A stretch of 64,000 bases of DNA from Camelus dromedarius (GCF_036321535.1 NC_087437.1:98582001-98646000); one strand, 5' to 3'; shown: positions 1 through 13,439, counted from the first letter of the stretch. Notes: generated from the letters alone by a model not told the origin. Numbers and translations are program-made.

Positions 1-157
1 TCACTGTCTCTTCCGTATGTTGTATTTCTTCTTATGGACACTTGTGATTTTAATACTTTCAATGGTATGGAGCCTTCAAAAGGTTCCCTGTACATTTCTG
101 TGCAATGAATCAACTAGAGGACGTATGAGGATGAGATGTAGATATTCCTTCCTGTAC

Positions 158-520
158 CTGTCAGGACACCTCTTGTACCAGCTCAAACTGGCTGAAAGAG
201 AAATGGAGCATATCAAGGATTAATGAGGTAGAGAAGGCTTCAGGGATACTTTACATGAAGTTCTTGTTCCATTCTTTGCCATTTTCTTGGTTTTGCTTCC
301 TTTGTGTTGGCTTTATTTGAGGCTGGCTTCTCCATCGTTGCAAGACAACTATCGACAATAGCGAGAGTCATCTGCTGCCTTGTCAATCCATTGAACAGAA
401 TTCCTAAGCTTTGCTCTCTCATTGAACCACTCTTAGATAGCGGGGATGAATCCCTCTCTGGAACAACAGCATGAGCAGTACTTCATGAGCGTTACCCTGG
501 GAGGGAAATTTGAATGGATT
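158..520 (-). mobile_element. Old MaLR solo LTR fragment (MLT1K/L-like)
   Basis: Motifs ctcaaactggct, ggcttcagg and ttttgcttcctttgtgttggctttatttgaggctggcttctcc resemble the reverse strand of the MLT1J/K/L consensus as recalled; highly diverged. Confidence 0.5.
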
Positions 521-914
521 TTGGGAAGGAAACTATGATATCTCTTCTTCCTATGACCCGGTTTGTTATGGTCTGAGTTAGACCCCAACTGGACAATTTC
601 CCAGTATCCTTAAGGGCAGAATAACTTTTAATATATATAGTTGCATTGCTTTTACTAAATATATTTTTCCTGTTTCCTCTGTTGACAATGCAAAGCTTAA
701 GGGCAGATTTTATCTCTTTTATCCCTTTACTATTGATGCTCACCAGTCACAGGAATCTCCTTCCTATAAGACACTAATAAATGTTCACTCTCTATCTATA
801 TGTTATTCTGATTATATGGCTTTAGAATAATGCAATTTTTAGATTTATTTTATATAACTCTTGACTTAGGCTTTGTCTCTTGGGTCATACAGAGCCAGAA
901 CTAGGTAATCAGCT

Positions 915-1495
915 AATCATCAAACACATATTAAGTCCTAATGTATGCCAGGCATTTGGTGGGCACTTGGATGGGGGAGAGAGCAAGGAGCTTCACACAG
1001 GTAGTATCTCATGAAACTATTTCAAGGCGAAGGTAAGTGGAAGATACCCACCTCCCACACCTGCGCCTCTCCTCCTATCACTTTTGGCATTCTCCTTGCT
1101 CTCTGACGCTTATCCCAGGTTCCCGGTGTGACTGTGTGTGTTGCCCCATGTCTTTGGCTTTCTGCTGCTGCAGCTTATCAGCTCTCAGAGGGCTTTTCTA
1201 TTTGTCCATCAAACCATTATGAAACAGCTACAGGGATCCCAAGATGACTGAAGGGGAGCACCTGGCCTTTGGGAGTTCACAATCCAGTGACATGTTGACA
1301 TGCAAACAGTAATGTGGTGTGTGCCTGGGTACACATCAGAATGGGATCTAATTCAAGCTCCCAGAACAGGGAAGTCAAGGAAGTTTTCCCTGAGACAGTG
1401 ATGCCTATGAACCGGAAAAAAAAAAAAAAAGAAAGGTGTGGGGTGGGGACATTGCATCAGAGGGAGCAACATGACCAGAGGCCACATGAAAGAAT
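915..1495 (-). mobile_element. L2 LINE 3' fragments (interrupted)
   Basis: aaacacatattaagtcctaatgtatgccaggca, then cctggcctttgggagttcacaatccagtg ... gtcaaggaagttttccctgag ... agagggagcaacatg, typical of antisense L2 3' ends. Confidence 0.5.
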
Positions 1496-1534
1496 CTAGA
1501 TGTTAACGTCATACAGTAGTAGAAATACATTTCT

Positions 1535-1842
1535 TTTTTTTTCCCCCAACTATTTTTCTTGTGATGAGAGCTCTTAAGATTTACTTACTCTCTTGGCGAC
1601 TTTCAAATATACAATACAGTATCCTTAACCATAGTCATCATGCTGTGCATTACATCCCCATGACTGACTTATTTTATACCTGGAAGTTTGTGCTTTTCGA
1701 TCTCTTTCATCTGTTTTGCCAACCCCCCAACCCCCGCCTTTGGTGAACACCGACCAATCTGTTCTCTGTATCTATGAGGTTTTTTTTTTTTCCTCCTCAG
1801 ATTCCACATATAATTGATGAGTGAGACACGTGGAATTTGTCC
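1535..1842 (-). mobile_element. 5'-truncated L1 3' end (L1MA9-like) with TSD
   Basis: L1 3'UTR motifs (aaccatagtcatcatgctgtgcattacatcccca, agattccacatata); T-rich tail at left; exact 11-bp TSD aatacatttct at 1524-1534 and 1843-1853. Confidence 0.85.
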
Positions 1843-2531
1843 AATACATTTCTGTACCTGGATCATTTAATATACGTGAGAAATTGCTAAGAACAGCCTC
1901 ATCTTTCATGTTCTGATTCGAGTGGTGTGGCTAAAATTTCGGTGATACTTAAATCACTAGCTGATACCAAGGAGAACAGTTTTCATCACAAATAGACAAG
2001 GAAGCTGTAGTCAAAAAAAAAAAAAAAAAAAAAGCCTAGGAGTCTCTCTCTGCTCTGTAGGAAGAACAGTTTTGTCTCTACAGCCAGGCCTACATGAGAG
2101 GAAGCCGATTAAAGCCACTCAGTACCTGGAGGGACTTGAGAGGATCTCTCTGCAAAACACCTTCCCAGTGGGGTCTCCATTCCTTTCAGTCTGGCCACAA
2201 ATTCTCCACAGTAAACTCACTAAGTGGTGAGGTCAGTAAAAGTGGGGCATCCTCCTCTGTAGAAAATCTTGGTGATCACACAGCCCAGCCCGGGGAGCAC
2301 GTTAGCCTAGTTAGCTCATTATCTCTGAGATGAACCTCAGAACCGTTTCCATTCCGTGGAGAAGAGAGGATGACATCACCAGGTACAAGGCTGGGCAGGG
2401 CTGGGAGAGCAGCAGCTGGGCCCCCAGAAAGAGAAACTCATTCAGACAGTGTCAGTTCTGCTGTCTTTTGTGTGGGTGGCTGCATCCTGAGGTCCTGGCT
2501 TCTCTTTTCTCACTTTTGGTTCTTTCTTGGT

Positions 2532-2981
2532 TGTGGTTGGCAGGGTAATGTGTCCCTTCCCCCAAGACATCCTCACTCTAATTCCTAGAACCTGTGAATG
2601 TGTCACCTTACGTGGCAAAGGGGACAATGCAATTTAAGTTGAGGATTTTCAGACAGAGAGATTATCCTGGATTTTCTGGGTGAACCCAGTATAATCACAA
2701 GTGTCCTTGTAAGTGAAAGAGGGAGGTAGGAGAGTCAAAGAAGGGATGGACGCAGAAGTGTGACACAGCCAGGATCCAGGGAATGTGGACGGCCTTTAGA
2801 AGCTGGAAGAGGTTCCCTTAGCACCTTCAGAAGGAATGCAATTCTGCCAACACCTTGATTTTAGTCTCATGAGACCTATTACAGGCTTTCTACTTCCAGA
2901 GCTATGAGATAATAAACATATGTTGTTACAAGCCTCAGAGTTTGTGGTCATTTGTTATGACAGCTGTAGGAAATAAATTCA
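2532..2981 (+). mobile_element. MaLR solo LTR (MLT1D-like)
   Basis: TG...CA ends; gaacctgtgaatgtgtcaccttacgtggcaaagggg, gagattatcctggat, tagaagctggaa, ctgccaacaccttgattttag, aataaa, gtttgtggtcatttgttatgacagc. Confidence 0.85.
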
Positions 2982-3000
2982 CTGCTCTTGACTTGATGCC

Positions 3001-3179
3001 CATGATCCGTGGGCCACCCCTCCCCCACCCACCACCATCCTCCACCATCATGACCCATGGGCCACCCCTCCCCCCCGCCACCATCCTCCACCATCATGAC
3101 CCATGGGCCACCCCTCCCCCCCCACCATCATCCTCCACCATCATGGCCCATGGTAAACCCTCCCACCCACCACCATCCT
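3001..3179. repeat. C-rich minisatellite, about 45-48 bp unit, about 4 copies
   Basis: Unit catgacccatgggccacccctcccc(c)ccaccatcctccaccat repeated in tandem. Confidence 0.9.
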
Positions 3180-3638
3180 TTACCATTGAGTCTGTTCAGG
3201 GTCTTTGATTCAGTGGCTGAAGCTAGGGTACTATCTCCTAATCACACCTGTACCAGAGCCAGAAGTGGAATGCAAACCACAACTCAAGAAAAAGTGAGAG
3301 GAACAGAGGGTCTGTGGTGATCAAAGCTGAGACACAATGCCACCAGCAGAGTGTCAGGAAGAAGAGAGGCAATGCCAAGAAAGAACACTAACCACTCCAA
3401 CCACTCTGTGCAGAAATGGAGAAACTAAGATGGGGAGTGAGGCAGGGAGAGCCAAGAACATTTCAGCCTCATGGAGAGAAGTGTATTTTTGTTGGGTTCT
3501 ACAACCTATGAAACTTGGTGACCCAGTTACGAAGGTAGAGCCATCTTATTCCTCACTGTTGTAACATCTTTAGAGGAAAGCTTTCAACAAAGAGAAAATG
3601 AAAAGAATCAATAAATGAGAACTGAAGGAAACAGTTAC

Positions 3639-3641
<3 letters not shown>

Positions 3642-3692
<51 letters not shown>

Positions 3693-3716
3693 ATATATAT
3701 ACACACACATATATGT
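3642..3716. repeat. (TA)n microsatellite with CA interruptions
   Basis: Direct inspection. Confidence 0.95.
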
Positions 3717-6194
3717 ATTTTGTTTCAATAGTTGATGGAGGCTCACATTATACCCAAAAATGCATATCAGAATATATCTTAAAAACTTTATTTCCTATTT
3801 ATAAATGACACAGACCTAAACTGTACAAAATATCAGCTAAAGTGACTTGAGTTAGTCCCATAAAAAAAGGAGGATTTCCTTCTGCTTTTTAAAAAATGTA
3901 TTTTGATTTTAAAGAATTTCTCAAAGCTATACAATAATATATAGTTTTTAAAGGACATCTATCTTCATTAACTTCTCACTACCACCTTAAAAGGTAGCTT
4001 GGGAAAACACTATTGTCACCATTTTGCAAGAAACATGTGACTTGCAGGCAGACATAAACTTGTGGGACAGAGAAGCTTAAATTGTAACAGATATCACTAC
4101 CTCATTAAAACTTTACACCATGAGATGAAGCAAGTGAACAGTTTATTATGTCATTTTAATATTTGGGAAATTCAAGCCAAATTGGTGAAGCAACATAGCT
4201 ACCCAAATGCAGCAATGTGGAAGATTTTCTACCTCACTATTTTTTTTCGTTCCTAAGTACCTGAGACGTCAAAGATTTTCTTCCCTTTTAAGACACAGTT
4301 TGTAAGATGATTCTTCGCTTCTTCTGGAACTAAATCCCAATTAAAATGCTGACAGAGGATTCAGCAGGGCCATTCAGTGGCCTTTGCTGAGCTGAGAGGC
4401 CCACAGAATTACCAGGGAGACAGGTTCTGGGACATTGCCTGGGTGAAACTTCATCTGATTAACTGCACTAATTGCCGTGTCCCTTTTACAAGCACTGACT
4501 CTGCAGATGATGGGAGTTCCATTTCTGAGGTCGTTCAGAACAGGGTCAAGTGAGGAGGTGGGAGCGAGGCCTGAGGTAGAAAGCAAGCATGACGCTTGGT
4601 GTCAAAAACTGGAAGGGAAGGATTCCATTTGTTGATAGGCGGTTGCTCCTTGGGTTAACACAGGTCATATTAAGAAAGAATATCAACTCGAGAAACCATT
4701 TCTCCCTCAAGTCCTCAGGTCGGCCCCCCTCTATTTCCCTGAGAGAAAATGGAGGTGCCCATGGCTCTACCTCAGGACTGAACAAAGTGCCTTCTTCGGC
4801 ACGGGTCCTGCCGGGAGGTCTGTGAAAAGGGACCTTGTTGTAAAATAGGGTAAAAACTCCTATCACTATTTCCGCACTTTTTAGATTCCAATTGTCCATA
4901 AATGTATCAAAATCTTTGTTTTACTGAGCAGAAATCTTTTCCAAACTCATTTAATCATAGACTACCCACTCCCCTGCCACCATATAAAAATAAATTTATT
5001 TTTCAGAAATGACTTTAGTATACAGTATCTAATACCCTGCACATTTAAAAGACCAGGTCATAATAGTCTTCATGTTTTCTTCAAATCTTAGGTGGAATTT
5101 AGAGTTTTAATCCCATACATTAGGTTATGTATAGAATTTAGAAAGACAATCGGCTATTTTTTTAACAGCTAAAAAATTAAATAAATAAAAGAAGACCTCT
5201 GAAGGATGAATGATGTGAAAACCATGGGAATATAAACAGTTTGTTTTCTCACAAGCTAAATACATTGAGTAATTTTCAAAAGCCAGTCTCATGAGAGAGG
5301 TAAAAAAATGTATTTACTTAACTGCTATATATAGGATAACATGGCAAATGTATTTCTTGGGATACTGAGATGCCTGCCAAATATTGTCTTCATATGTCAA
5401 CTGTTATTCAAATCAGGTAGTTTAAAAACTAACAAGTAGTTTAGAATAACAAGTAATTCGGTAAGATGGTACCATTAGTTTACATCTTCAGATACTTTCC
5501 TACCATCTGATTTGCTGGGAGTTAAGGAAGGTACAGTGTGTGAAGAAAGCTTGTGTATACTTTATTGTTCTGAAAAACTAATTACTTTATTGACTGGCTA
5601 CTTTAACTCCCACCCTGAATTAATACGTTATAGAAATGCGCAATAAACACATCCATATTTGCCTTGTTAGGTTGAAGCATTTAAAATAAATCCCTTAAGG
5701 CACGGACCTAGGAAGTTTGAGGGTTGTATTTTTTTGTGGTTTTTTTGGACTTAATCACAGAAAAGTAATATAGAATGTATTAACTCAAACTATTATTTTC
5801 AACTTCTAGTGCTTCCCAGTTGCTAACAGGATGAAATGAGGATCCCATGTCTTTCCATATGAGATCCACCACAGTCTGTGTTCCCCCTGATTCCATGGCT
5901 TAGTTCCCATGGCTCTGAAGGATCTAGCCTTTGTTCCAGCCAGGGTCCTCGGGACTTATATTCCTCCTGTCTCCACTTCTGTGCCCATGACTCTCCTCTC
6001 CAATCCCACCTCCAGCCATCTGAAACCTATTACTATTATTAGAGGTTAAAGCCTTTGCCCCAGGTCACCAAGCAAGGAATGGAAAAAGCTACAGTTCATA
6101 ACCAGGCACTGGTTTGTAGAGCCCACAGTCACCCACTCCACTGAATTTCTGAAATCCTGAAAAGGCTTTTAGTATTTCTAGAATGCTAAAATGG

Positions 6195-6410
6195 TGACAG
6201 AGCTGAACTTGAATTCTGGTTCTGTGGTTCCCATCTGGATGACTTTGGGGTAGATATTTGATCTCTCTAATCATTAGATTTTTCATCTATAAAATGGGAA
6301 TTATAATACACCTGCCCCCATAGATTCCTTTAAATGCTGAAAAAGAAGATCAGCAATTGGTTCAGTCTTTGATGAGTAGTTAGGACCCAATAAATGTCAG
6401 CAGTTATTTT
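6195..6410 (+). mobile_element. MIR SINE
   Basis: Core tgactttgggg ... ttttcatctataaaatgggaattataata and 3' caataaatgtcagcagttatt. Confidence 0.7.
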
Positions 6411-6469
6411 TACATCCTTATACTGTAGGATTTAGTCTTATTGTGTGCGTGTGTGTGTATTTCTTCCTT

Positions 6470-6598
6470 CCCCATTCAGATTGTATGAATCTTGAGGGGG
6501 AGAAAAAGTTTGACTCATTTTGTTAAATCTGCCTAGAGTTCCAAGAACAGTTCTAGAACTTGACAGGTGCTAAATAAGTATTTTTGATTGAATGATTG
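6470..6598 (+). mobile_element. L2 3' end
   Basis: agattgtatgaatcttgagggg ... caggtgctaaataagtatttttgattgaatga. Confidence 0.65.
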
Positions 6599-7755
6599 GT
6601 ATTTAATCGCCCTTCATTCTTTGTGTTAAAAAATTTCCGGTTGCTTATGAAGAACACTACCATTAAAGACTTATGTAATATAATAGCTACCTATCCTGTC
6701 ATAGAATGGACAGTTCTCAATAACGTAGACATTTTAAGTAATCCTTTGGTATTTACTTAACATTCAGTAAATATTTTTAAATGTATCTTTCTTTGACAAG
6801 TAGTACAGCCTAACAGCTTTTATGTTTTCATCTTTCAATCTTTTTTTCATGCCATAGGAAATGTTTTGTTAATATTTTATCCTAGCTGAGCTAATATGGT
6901 GAATTAGTTTAGTATTCACATGGATAGATACCGCACGCATTTTTCTAGGTGTTTCACTATCATTTAGCTTTAGCTAATGGGCACTTAAAGTCTTGCTGAT
7001 TTTTCCCCAAAGACCCGTATTCATCTATAACATTCTTGAATAATTGGGCTTTAAGTGGAAGTTAACAGGGTTGACTACTTTCAAAAATATTTATATTAGT
7101 TTAAATTTGAAATTTGTATAACCCTTAAAATAGCAAGTTTTGAAATTCTCTTCTAAAAAATTGAAAGTTAATACATGAAGTAAAATGACATGGGTTTTTG
7201 TTATTAGAAGTCACTTACAGAAGTCCTTCTTTATGAAAACACTATTCAGTATCATCAGAGTTCGTACATTAGAACAATAACAACACCTAGAGCCTACAGA
7301 CTGCAGCCAGAATAAATAAAATGTATCATTAGAATTTTTCAAGAAGACTTATTTGAGGATATTCTCATTTCAAAGTCAACCTTTTAATTTCCCTCTAAAG
7401 CTGTTTCTCTTTCTTTAGATCAGCATGTACATGTTGACATTAATTATCTAAGATTGGCTGACAATCATTTTTAAAATACAGCACTTCCCATATGCAATTG
7501 TTTTTAAATCTAAGTGAGTATTTCCTGCAGTGGAGACCATCTTTGTGTAGAGAGGGGTTGGAGTTCCCCAACTATGTAACCTTTCTCTACTTTTGGAATG
7601 GTTTTAGCAGAAGATGAATAAATGGGGGTTGGTGAGAGGGAGAGGACGATGGGAGAGTATTTCCAACTAATATCTATCAATTCACAGGAAGTATCTTTTT
7701 TTCTTTTCTTTATTTTAGGAGGAATGGCCCACTGGGTTCCAAGAGCAAAATATCA

Positions 7756-8406
7756 TTAATAGACTTACCATATGATCCAGTAATTCCACTCCTGGGCATA
7801 TATCCAGAAGGAACCCTACTTCAGAAAGACACCTGCCCCTCAATGTTCATAGCAGCATTATTTATAATAGCCAAGACATGGAAATAGCCTAAATGTCCAT
7901 CAACAGATGACTGGATAAAGAAGATGTGGAATATTTATACAATGGAATACCATTCAGCCATAAAAAATGACAACATAATGCCATTTGCAGCAACATGGAT
8001 GTCCCTGGAGAATATCATTCTAAGTGAAATAAGCCAGAAAGAGAAAGAAAAATACCATATGAGATCACTCATATGTGGAATCTTAAAAAAAAAAAAAAAC
8101 CACAAATAAATGCAAAACAGAAACAGACTCATAGACATATAATACAAACTTGTGGTTGCCGAGGGGAGGGGGATGAGAAGGAACAGAGTGGGAGTTTGAA
8201 ATTTGTAGGTACTGACAGGCATACGTAGAATAGATAAACAAGATTATACTGTATAGCACAGGGAAATATATACAAGGTCTTGTGGTAGCTCACAGTGAAA
8301 AGGAATGCAACAATGAATATATATATATGTTCATGTGTAACTGAAAAATTGACACAACACTGTAAACTGACTGTAACTCGATTAAAATGAATAAATAAAT
8401 AAACAA
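7756..8406 (+). mobile_element. Young 5'-truncated L1 (ORF2 C-terminal remnant plus 3'UTR), camelid-type
   Basis: ORF 7924-8109 (MWNIYTMEYHSAIKNDNIMPFAATWMSLENIILSEISQ) is the L1 ORF2 C-terminus; followed by 3'UTR and A-rich tail; 9-bp TSD aaaatatca at 7747-7755 and 8407-8415. Confidence 0.95.
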
Positions 8407-8444
8407 AAAATATCAGCAAAATTCTCAGCTCTTAATTACCTTTT

Positions 8445-8620
8445 CTAATACCCACACAACCCTTGTGAATTTGTTATTATTACCCTTATTTTACAGATGA
8501 GAAAACTAAAACTGAAAGAAGTTAATTTATGAAGATCGCACGTGATAAGATGAAAGACTCATAACTTTATTGGAAGTCTTTGACTTTCAGAGTGATGCTG
8601 TTACTACTCTGCGTATTGCC
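8445..8620 (-). mobile_element. MIR SINE
   Basis: cacaacccttgtga ... attattacccttattttacagatgagaaaactaa, the antisense MIR core. Confidence 0.7.
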
Positions 8621-9380
8621 TGAGCTTGTCCATAGAAATAGAAAATAAAATCACTGGCAAGTTAGTGGCTCCATCTTTAATGGTATTAATAATTGTAATT
8701 GTGCTACATGATTTTAATGTCATAACAGATAAGCAGTGTACCTAAATGGTTGACACCAGCATGACTTCTAAACATAACCATGCTTAGTATTTTCAGCACT
8801 TAGAAGGAAAGGAAAAAAACAGAGCAAATTAAGAAGTTTCTAAGATTTCTTTCTGGATCCGTCACTGAATTTGGGAAACCAAAGGCTACAAAATTTCATT
8901 TTTCTACTTTTCTATCAGAGCCTATTGATTGTAAAGTCTATGCATTACAAAGTAAGATGGAACATGGGCTCAGTTCTTTTAGGGCAGGTTAATTAAATCA
9001 GAGAGCATTCACCTGCACCCATTACCCAGACATTAGCTAAGGAGAGTTCTTTTTATTATTCTAGTATATTCTAGTATTGTTTTTCTCTTAATCCTTACAG
9101 AGAGTGAAAGTGCCCAGACTTTGTGGACAACTTGTCAACCACAGTTATTAAGAAGAATCAGAAAGAGGTTTGCTTTGACAACCTAACATCTCAATTTCTG
9201 TGCCTCCACCATTCTCCCTACACACACATAAGGTCTCCCCAGTCTCCCTTTTCTAGACCCCTTAGTGAGAACTAGAGCTGTCTTCCTGTTCTGAACACTG
9301 CCCTAAAGCATCCCAAAGTTCTTCCAAATCCCAAATTTTGTTAACCTCAAAGAAAACCCCCAGTCCCTTAACAGAGACCA

Positions 9381-9603
9381 ACCTTCAGCAAACTCTTTTG
9401 GTCAAGGGCCAGATGGTAAATGTTTTCACCTCAGGGGGCCAAATGGTCTGTCACAACTACTCAGTATGCAAGTTATAGTGTGAAAGAAGCCACAGGCAAA
9501 ATGTAAACAACAAATGAGCATGGCAGTGTCTCAATAAAACTTTATTTACAAAAACAGATGGCAGTCTGGATTTGGCTCAAGGACCAGAGTTTGATATCCC
9601 CTG
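9381..9603 (+). mobile_element. MER58A-like hAT-Charlie MITE
   Basis: aagggccagatggtaaatgtttt, cacaactactcag, aataaaactttatttacaaaaacag, ending agtttgatatcccctg (terminal inverted repeat, TIR). Confidence 0.85.
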
Positions 9604-11394
9604 ATATATATCATCTCCTTGATTACCCTGTGTTCTAGACTGAAAGTAACAAAGAGGGAAAAGGTAACACTGGCGTCTGGTCTTCCTTTAGTCAATATCA
9701 GAGCACCCACACTATGCTCAGACCTATGCCCTGTGCTTCAGATTTAGTGATGATTAGTTCACACTTGGATTCTGGATTCATGCTGCCTCCTATCCTTTTC
9801 CCAGGAGAAGAGCAGGACTATCTTGGCACAGGATGGCGATATCCCAAATTAGTAATTCACTTCTTTTGCAACAGTGTACATGCTCTGCCAAAAAAGTCTT
9901 GAGTAAACTTGCAAACTAAACAAAGTGTGTCTATCCACATTCTCTTCTCCACCTCGTCTTGTGCCTTATCTCTCATCTCCCAGACAGTCAGTGCCTTTGG
10001 TCTATTGCTAACTATCTTCCCTCTCCTCCCTCCTCCATATTCCACTCTCTTCCTCCTCCACATCCCACCCTCAACCCCTACAAAATCTTCTTCATCTATT
10101 CACCAATCCACTGTCTTTAGAGTCTTGAATTTCACAAATTAAATTTATTAACATCATGGCATAAATGATGCAAATCCTCTTGTTTAAAAGGCAAGCTTGT
10201 GGACCTGAATTATACTGTAGCTGGTGACAAAGTATGATCAAGTGTGCATTTCTACACTTTGCCTAAACTGTCAGGGATTAAACACATCTTTTCCAGGCTC
10301 AATAGAAATTAAGCTGAATCCTGAATAAGGAGAGACTTCTGCAATGTTTTCAGTTGTCTGGAAGAAGAGAGAAAAGAGAGCCGAGGTGCTTACTATGGGA
10401 GGTACAGGCAGTCCAAGGCCTACCTTGCTGTGCCAACTCAAATAGAAGGTATGTGGCAGACTAATTTAAGCCAGTGCACACCTTACTGGGAAGTATGCAC
10501 TTATATAGGAAAGTGGAATTAAATATTTAAATGTGTCAAAATAAAAATCTGAATTGTTTCTACCTCCTTCGCATTTCTCCCATCCTAATTTTTCAAAGAT
10601 GGCTTTTGTCTGGAGATCTAGGTTGTCAACTCTGACTCATTTGTAAATTCAAATGCCTTTGGTCTACAGTCTAGGTATTGGGCAACTGATGACTGGGTTA
10701 TTTTAGATGAGAAGTAAAAATGTAAGTGAATATTTATGAGTGAATAGAAAAACATCACAAGCAATTTTTGATCGTGGGAAAGGGAGGTGAGATTCTCTAC
10801 TAGTCTGAAAAGAATAGTCAATGGTAATTGTTTAAGAGGACAGAGGATAATGATGTGTATAAAACAAGGAAATGTGTCTATAAAATTCAATCAACATCTA
10901 TAGGATTGTTTGGTACAAAAAAACTCAGGAAAGCTTGGAGTAGCTCTGTATTTCAGCAGACATAATGGATCTTGGCCCTCAGCCTACTCCAGTGCATTTA
11001 TTTTCTCTAGGGAGTTGTTTTTATAGCCCAAGGAACTGATCTAAAAAGAGTTGGGGTTACTTAAGAAGTGATGATTTACTCTTTAGTCCTGGAAGGGCTG
11101 TAATGGCTTGAAAGTCCAATCTGTACCTGGCTTTACCTGAATAGATTGATCTCTCTTGTTTAATAAACATGCTCATTGGACAACAATGAAATGACTGGGC
11201 AAATCATAATGTCAGCTGACCCTGGTGGTGTAAAAGCATCTGAAAGTTGGATTTAGCCACCCTACAGCGAAATGGGGACAATATTGAAAATGAAAATAGA
11301 AATTCATCAGGATCTTCTCTCCGGACGTGTAGGGGCTCTCTGCTCCTTTTTAACATCTACCTCATCTTTCCTCTCTGTGTGAATACAGGTTACT

Positions 11395-11865
11395 AGCCAC
11401 ATTTGTGTTATGGGTGCCCTTGGTCCTTTGAAGAAACCTATGGAACCCTTCTCAGAAAAGCTTTCAATGTATAAAATTTATTACATAAGATTAAAAAGGA
11501 AACCAACTATAATAAAGCATAATTATAAACTATTCATTTTAAATTTGATTTTTTTTACTTAAAATTTTTGCAGAATATTAATCTATGTGCTTATTTACAA
11601 TATAGTCAATTAGAAGATCTGGTAGTGTATCATAATTCCAAACTATGCATACATTTTTGAGGGCTCTGATATAAAAATATTTGTGATTTTTACTGGAAAC
11701 AAAATCATGGGTATTGATAGCCTCACTGCAGCTTTGCCTAAATTCATAATGTAGTTAGAGGCCAAAAAAAAAAATCAATGTAATTTTTTTCCCTTCCAAG
11801 TTAATCAGCTTCTTGAATTCTATCCCTGAACCAGGGCTATCTGGACTCAGGTTAAGAAGTGCTTC
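11395..11865 (+). mobile_element. hAT-Charlie non-autonomous element (MER119-like)
   Basis: cctatggaacccttctcagaa ... aaaggaaaccaactata ... caggttaagaa end motif. Confidence 0.6.
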
Positions 11866-12347
11866 TATTTACTGTCCTCCTTTTGATCCCTGTACAAATT
11901 AGGAATTGGTGGACTAGCTTAAGTGCTGTACAGTCCCAGATCCAGAACCCCCAACAATGGTCACATGTCTAATTATCCCAGTGCCCAATCCCTTGGAAAG
12001 TTTATGTGATTGAACAGGGGCCAGGTGTCCATTCTTATTCCCTAAAACAATGGGAGTTTGGGTGCAGAAGATCCCGTAAAGTAAGCATATCCTTGACCCA
12101 CTCTTTTTGGGGAATAAGAACCAAGAGAATTTTCAAAGACAGGATAAATATAAGGCAGATACTTCAAAAAGAACCTTTGCCAAAAATAGGTCTGGGATCT
12201 TTAAGAGCAATTTGAAAGTTCCTCAGCACAGCCTTACAGACATAATGAGGGAGCTCTTCTCAAGGTGAAGAGTCATCACTGTTTATAGGGAAGAAAAGTT
12301 GTCTGTGTTCAAATAAAAGTATAAGTATTTTTAAAGCCTGAGATGTC

Positions 12348-12548
12348 ACTGTTCTGCTGAACTTTCTGGGGTGATGGAGATATCCTCCATCTGCACTGTG
12401 CAATATGGTAGCCACCAGTCACAGGCTACTATTGAGCAATTGAAATATGGCTAATATAATCGAGGGGCTAAATTTTACATTTTATTTAATTATAAGTAGT
12501 TAAAATTTAAATTTATGTAGCCATATTCAGCTAGTGGTTGGATAGCCC
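12348..12548. mobile_element. MER3 hAT-Charlie MITE
   Basis: aactttctggggtgatggagatatcctccatctgcactgtgcaatatggtagccaccagtcaca ... tagccatattcagctagtgg. Confidence 0.8.
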
Positions 12549-12589
12549 AAGCATAACGTATTAAATAGTGCTTCTCCATCGCTTTCCTA

Positions 12590-12975
12590 TACCCATGACA
12601 CTCCAGCCAAACCTGCAAAGGACTCCTACCCTTTTGCTTCTGACCTTTGTTTCAGCTGTTTTCCCAGCCAGGCACACACCCACAGTTTTTATGTCTCCAG
12701 GCCATTCCATACCTTATATGCCCAACTCATATCCCACCTCCTCTGGAAGGCTTCTACTGTCAACTTGGCCCTCTGAAGTCTTAGGGCATCTGTTGCTATA
12801 TCACTAATTGGAATAAATCACATGCTACTTTGTACTGATATTTATCTTTCATAAAAGGTTTACAATTTACCTTCAAGTAGAGTGTTGGCTCCTCTGGAGA
12901 AAAAAAACAATTTCTCACATCTCTTTAGTGGCACCTAACCTTTGCATATAAGTATTCAACAAAATTTTGTTGAAG
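12590..12975 (+). mobile_element. L2 3' fragment
   Basis: gacctttgtttcagctgttttcccagcc ... cacctcctctggaaggctt ... attcaacaaaattttgttgaa. Confidence 0.55.
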
Positions 12976-13074
12976 ATGAGGTCACCAGATGCTTTGGAGA
13001 AGCAGATGATGCAAATAAAAACATAAATCCCCTAGAGCAAGGATGCCCGAAAGTCGAGAATCACTCTGTAGAAA

Positions 13075-13262
13075 TAGATCACTGAAATATTTCAGAGCGA
13101 AGAGAGACCAAGAATTCATTTGGTGCAGTCTTCAGGCAAATAAAAGTATTCTCCATTTATGGATGAGACCAATTTCTAATGATACTGAATAATTTAACCA
13201 AGATCATATGCCAAGAAAGGATGGGAGGGAAACTGGAACCCAGATCTCTGGCTTTTAGCAAT
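13075..13262 (-). mobile_element. MIR (MIRc/MIR3-like)
   Basis: ctccatttatggatgag ... ttaaccaagatcata ... actggaacccagatctctggct. Confidence 0.55.
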
Positions 13263-13439
13263 GTCTACAGAGAGCAGGATGCTAGGAAGACTGGGGAACT
13301 CTCAAGAAGAGAGAGGCCAACAGAAAGAATAGGATAATGGAAGGGAGATTCATGAATAGAAATACAAGAGAAGGTTTATAATGGGTATCCTTGGTCTGCT
13401 CGGATTGCAGAAAAGCTAACAGGTAATTTCCACAAAATT

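Noticed and set aside
240..743. Minus-strand ORFs 240-422 and 492-743 with a faint resemblance to bornavirus nucleoprotein (QQMTLAIVDSCLATME versus AQMTTYTTIKEYLAECM)
   Set aside because: The similarity does not extend in any frame, and the DNA at 158-520 is better explained as an antisense MLT1 LTR. A tblastn against Bornaviridae N would settle it.
3001..3179. Repeat array considered as CRISPR-like
   Set aside because: Units are contiguous with no unique spacers, the context is mammalian, and there are no cas genes
2942..3320. Pro/His-rich ORFs
   Set aside because: They are translations of the C-rich minisatellite
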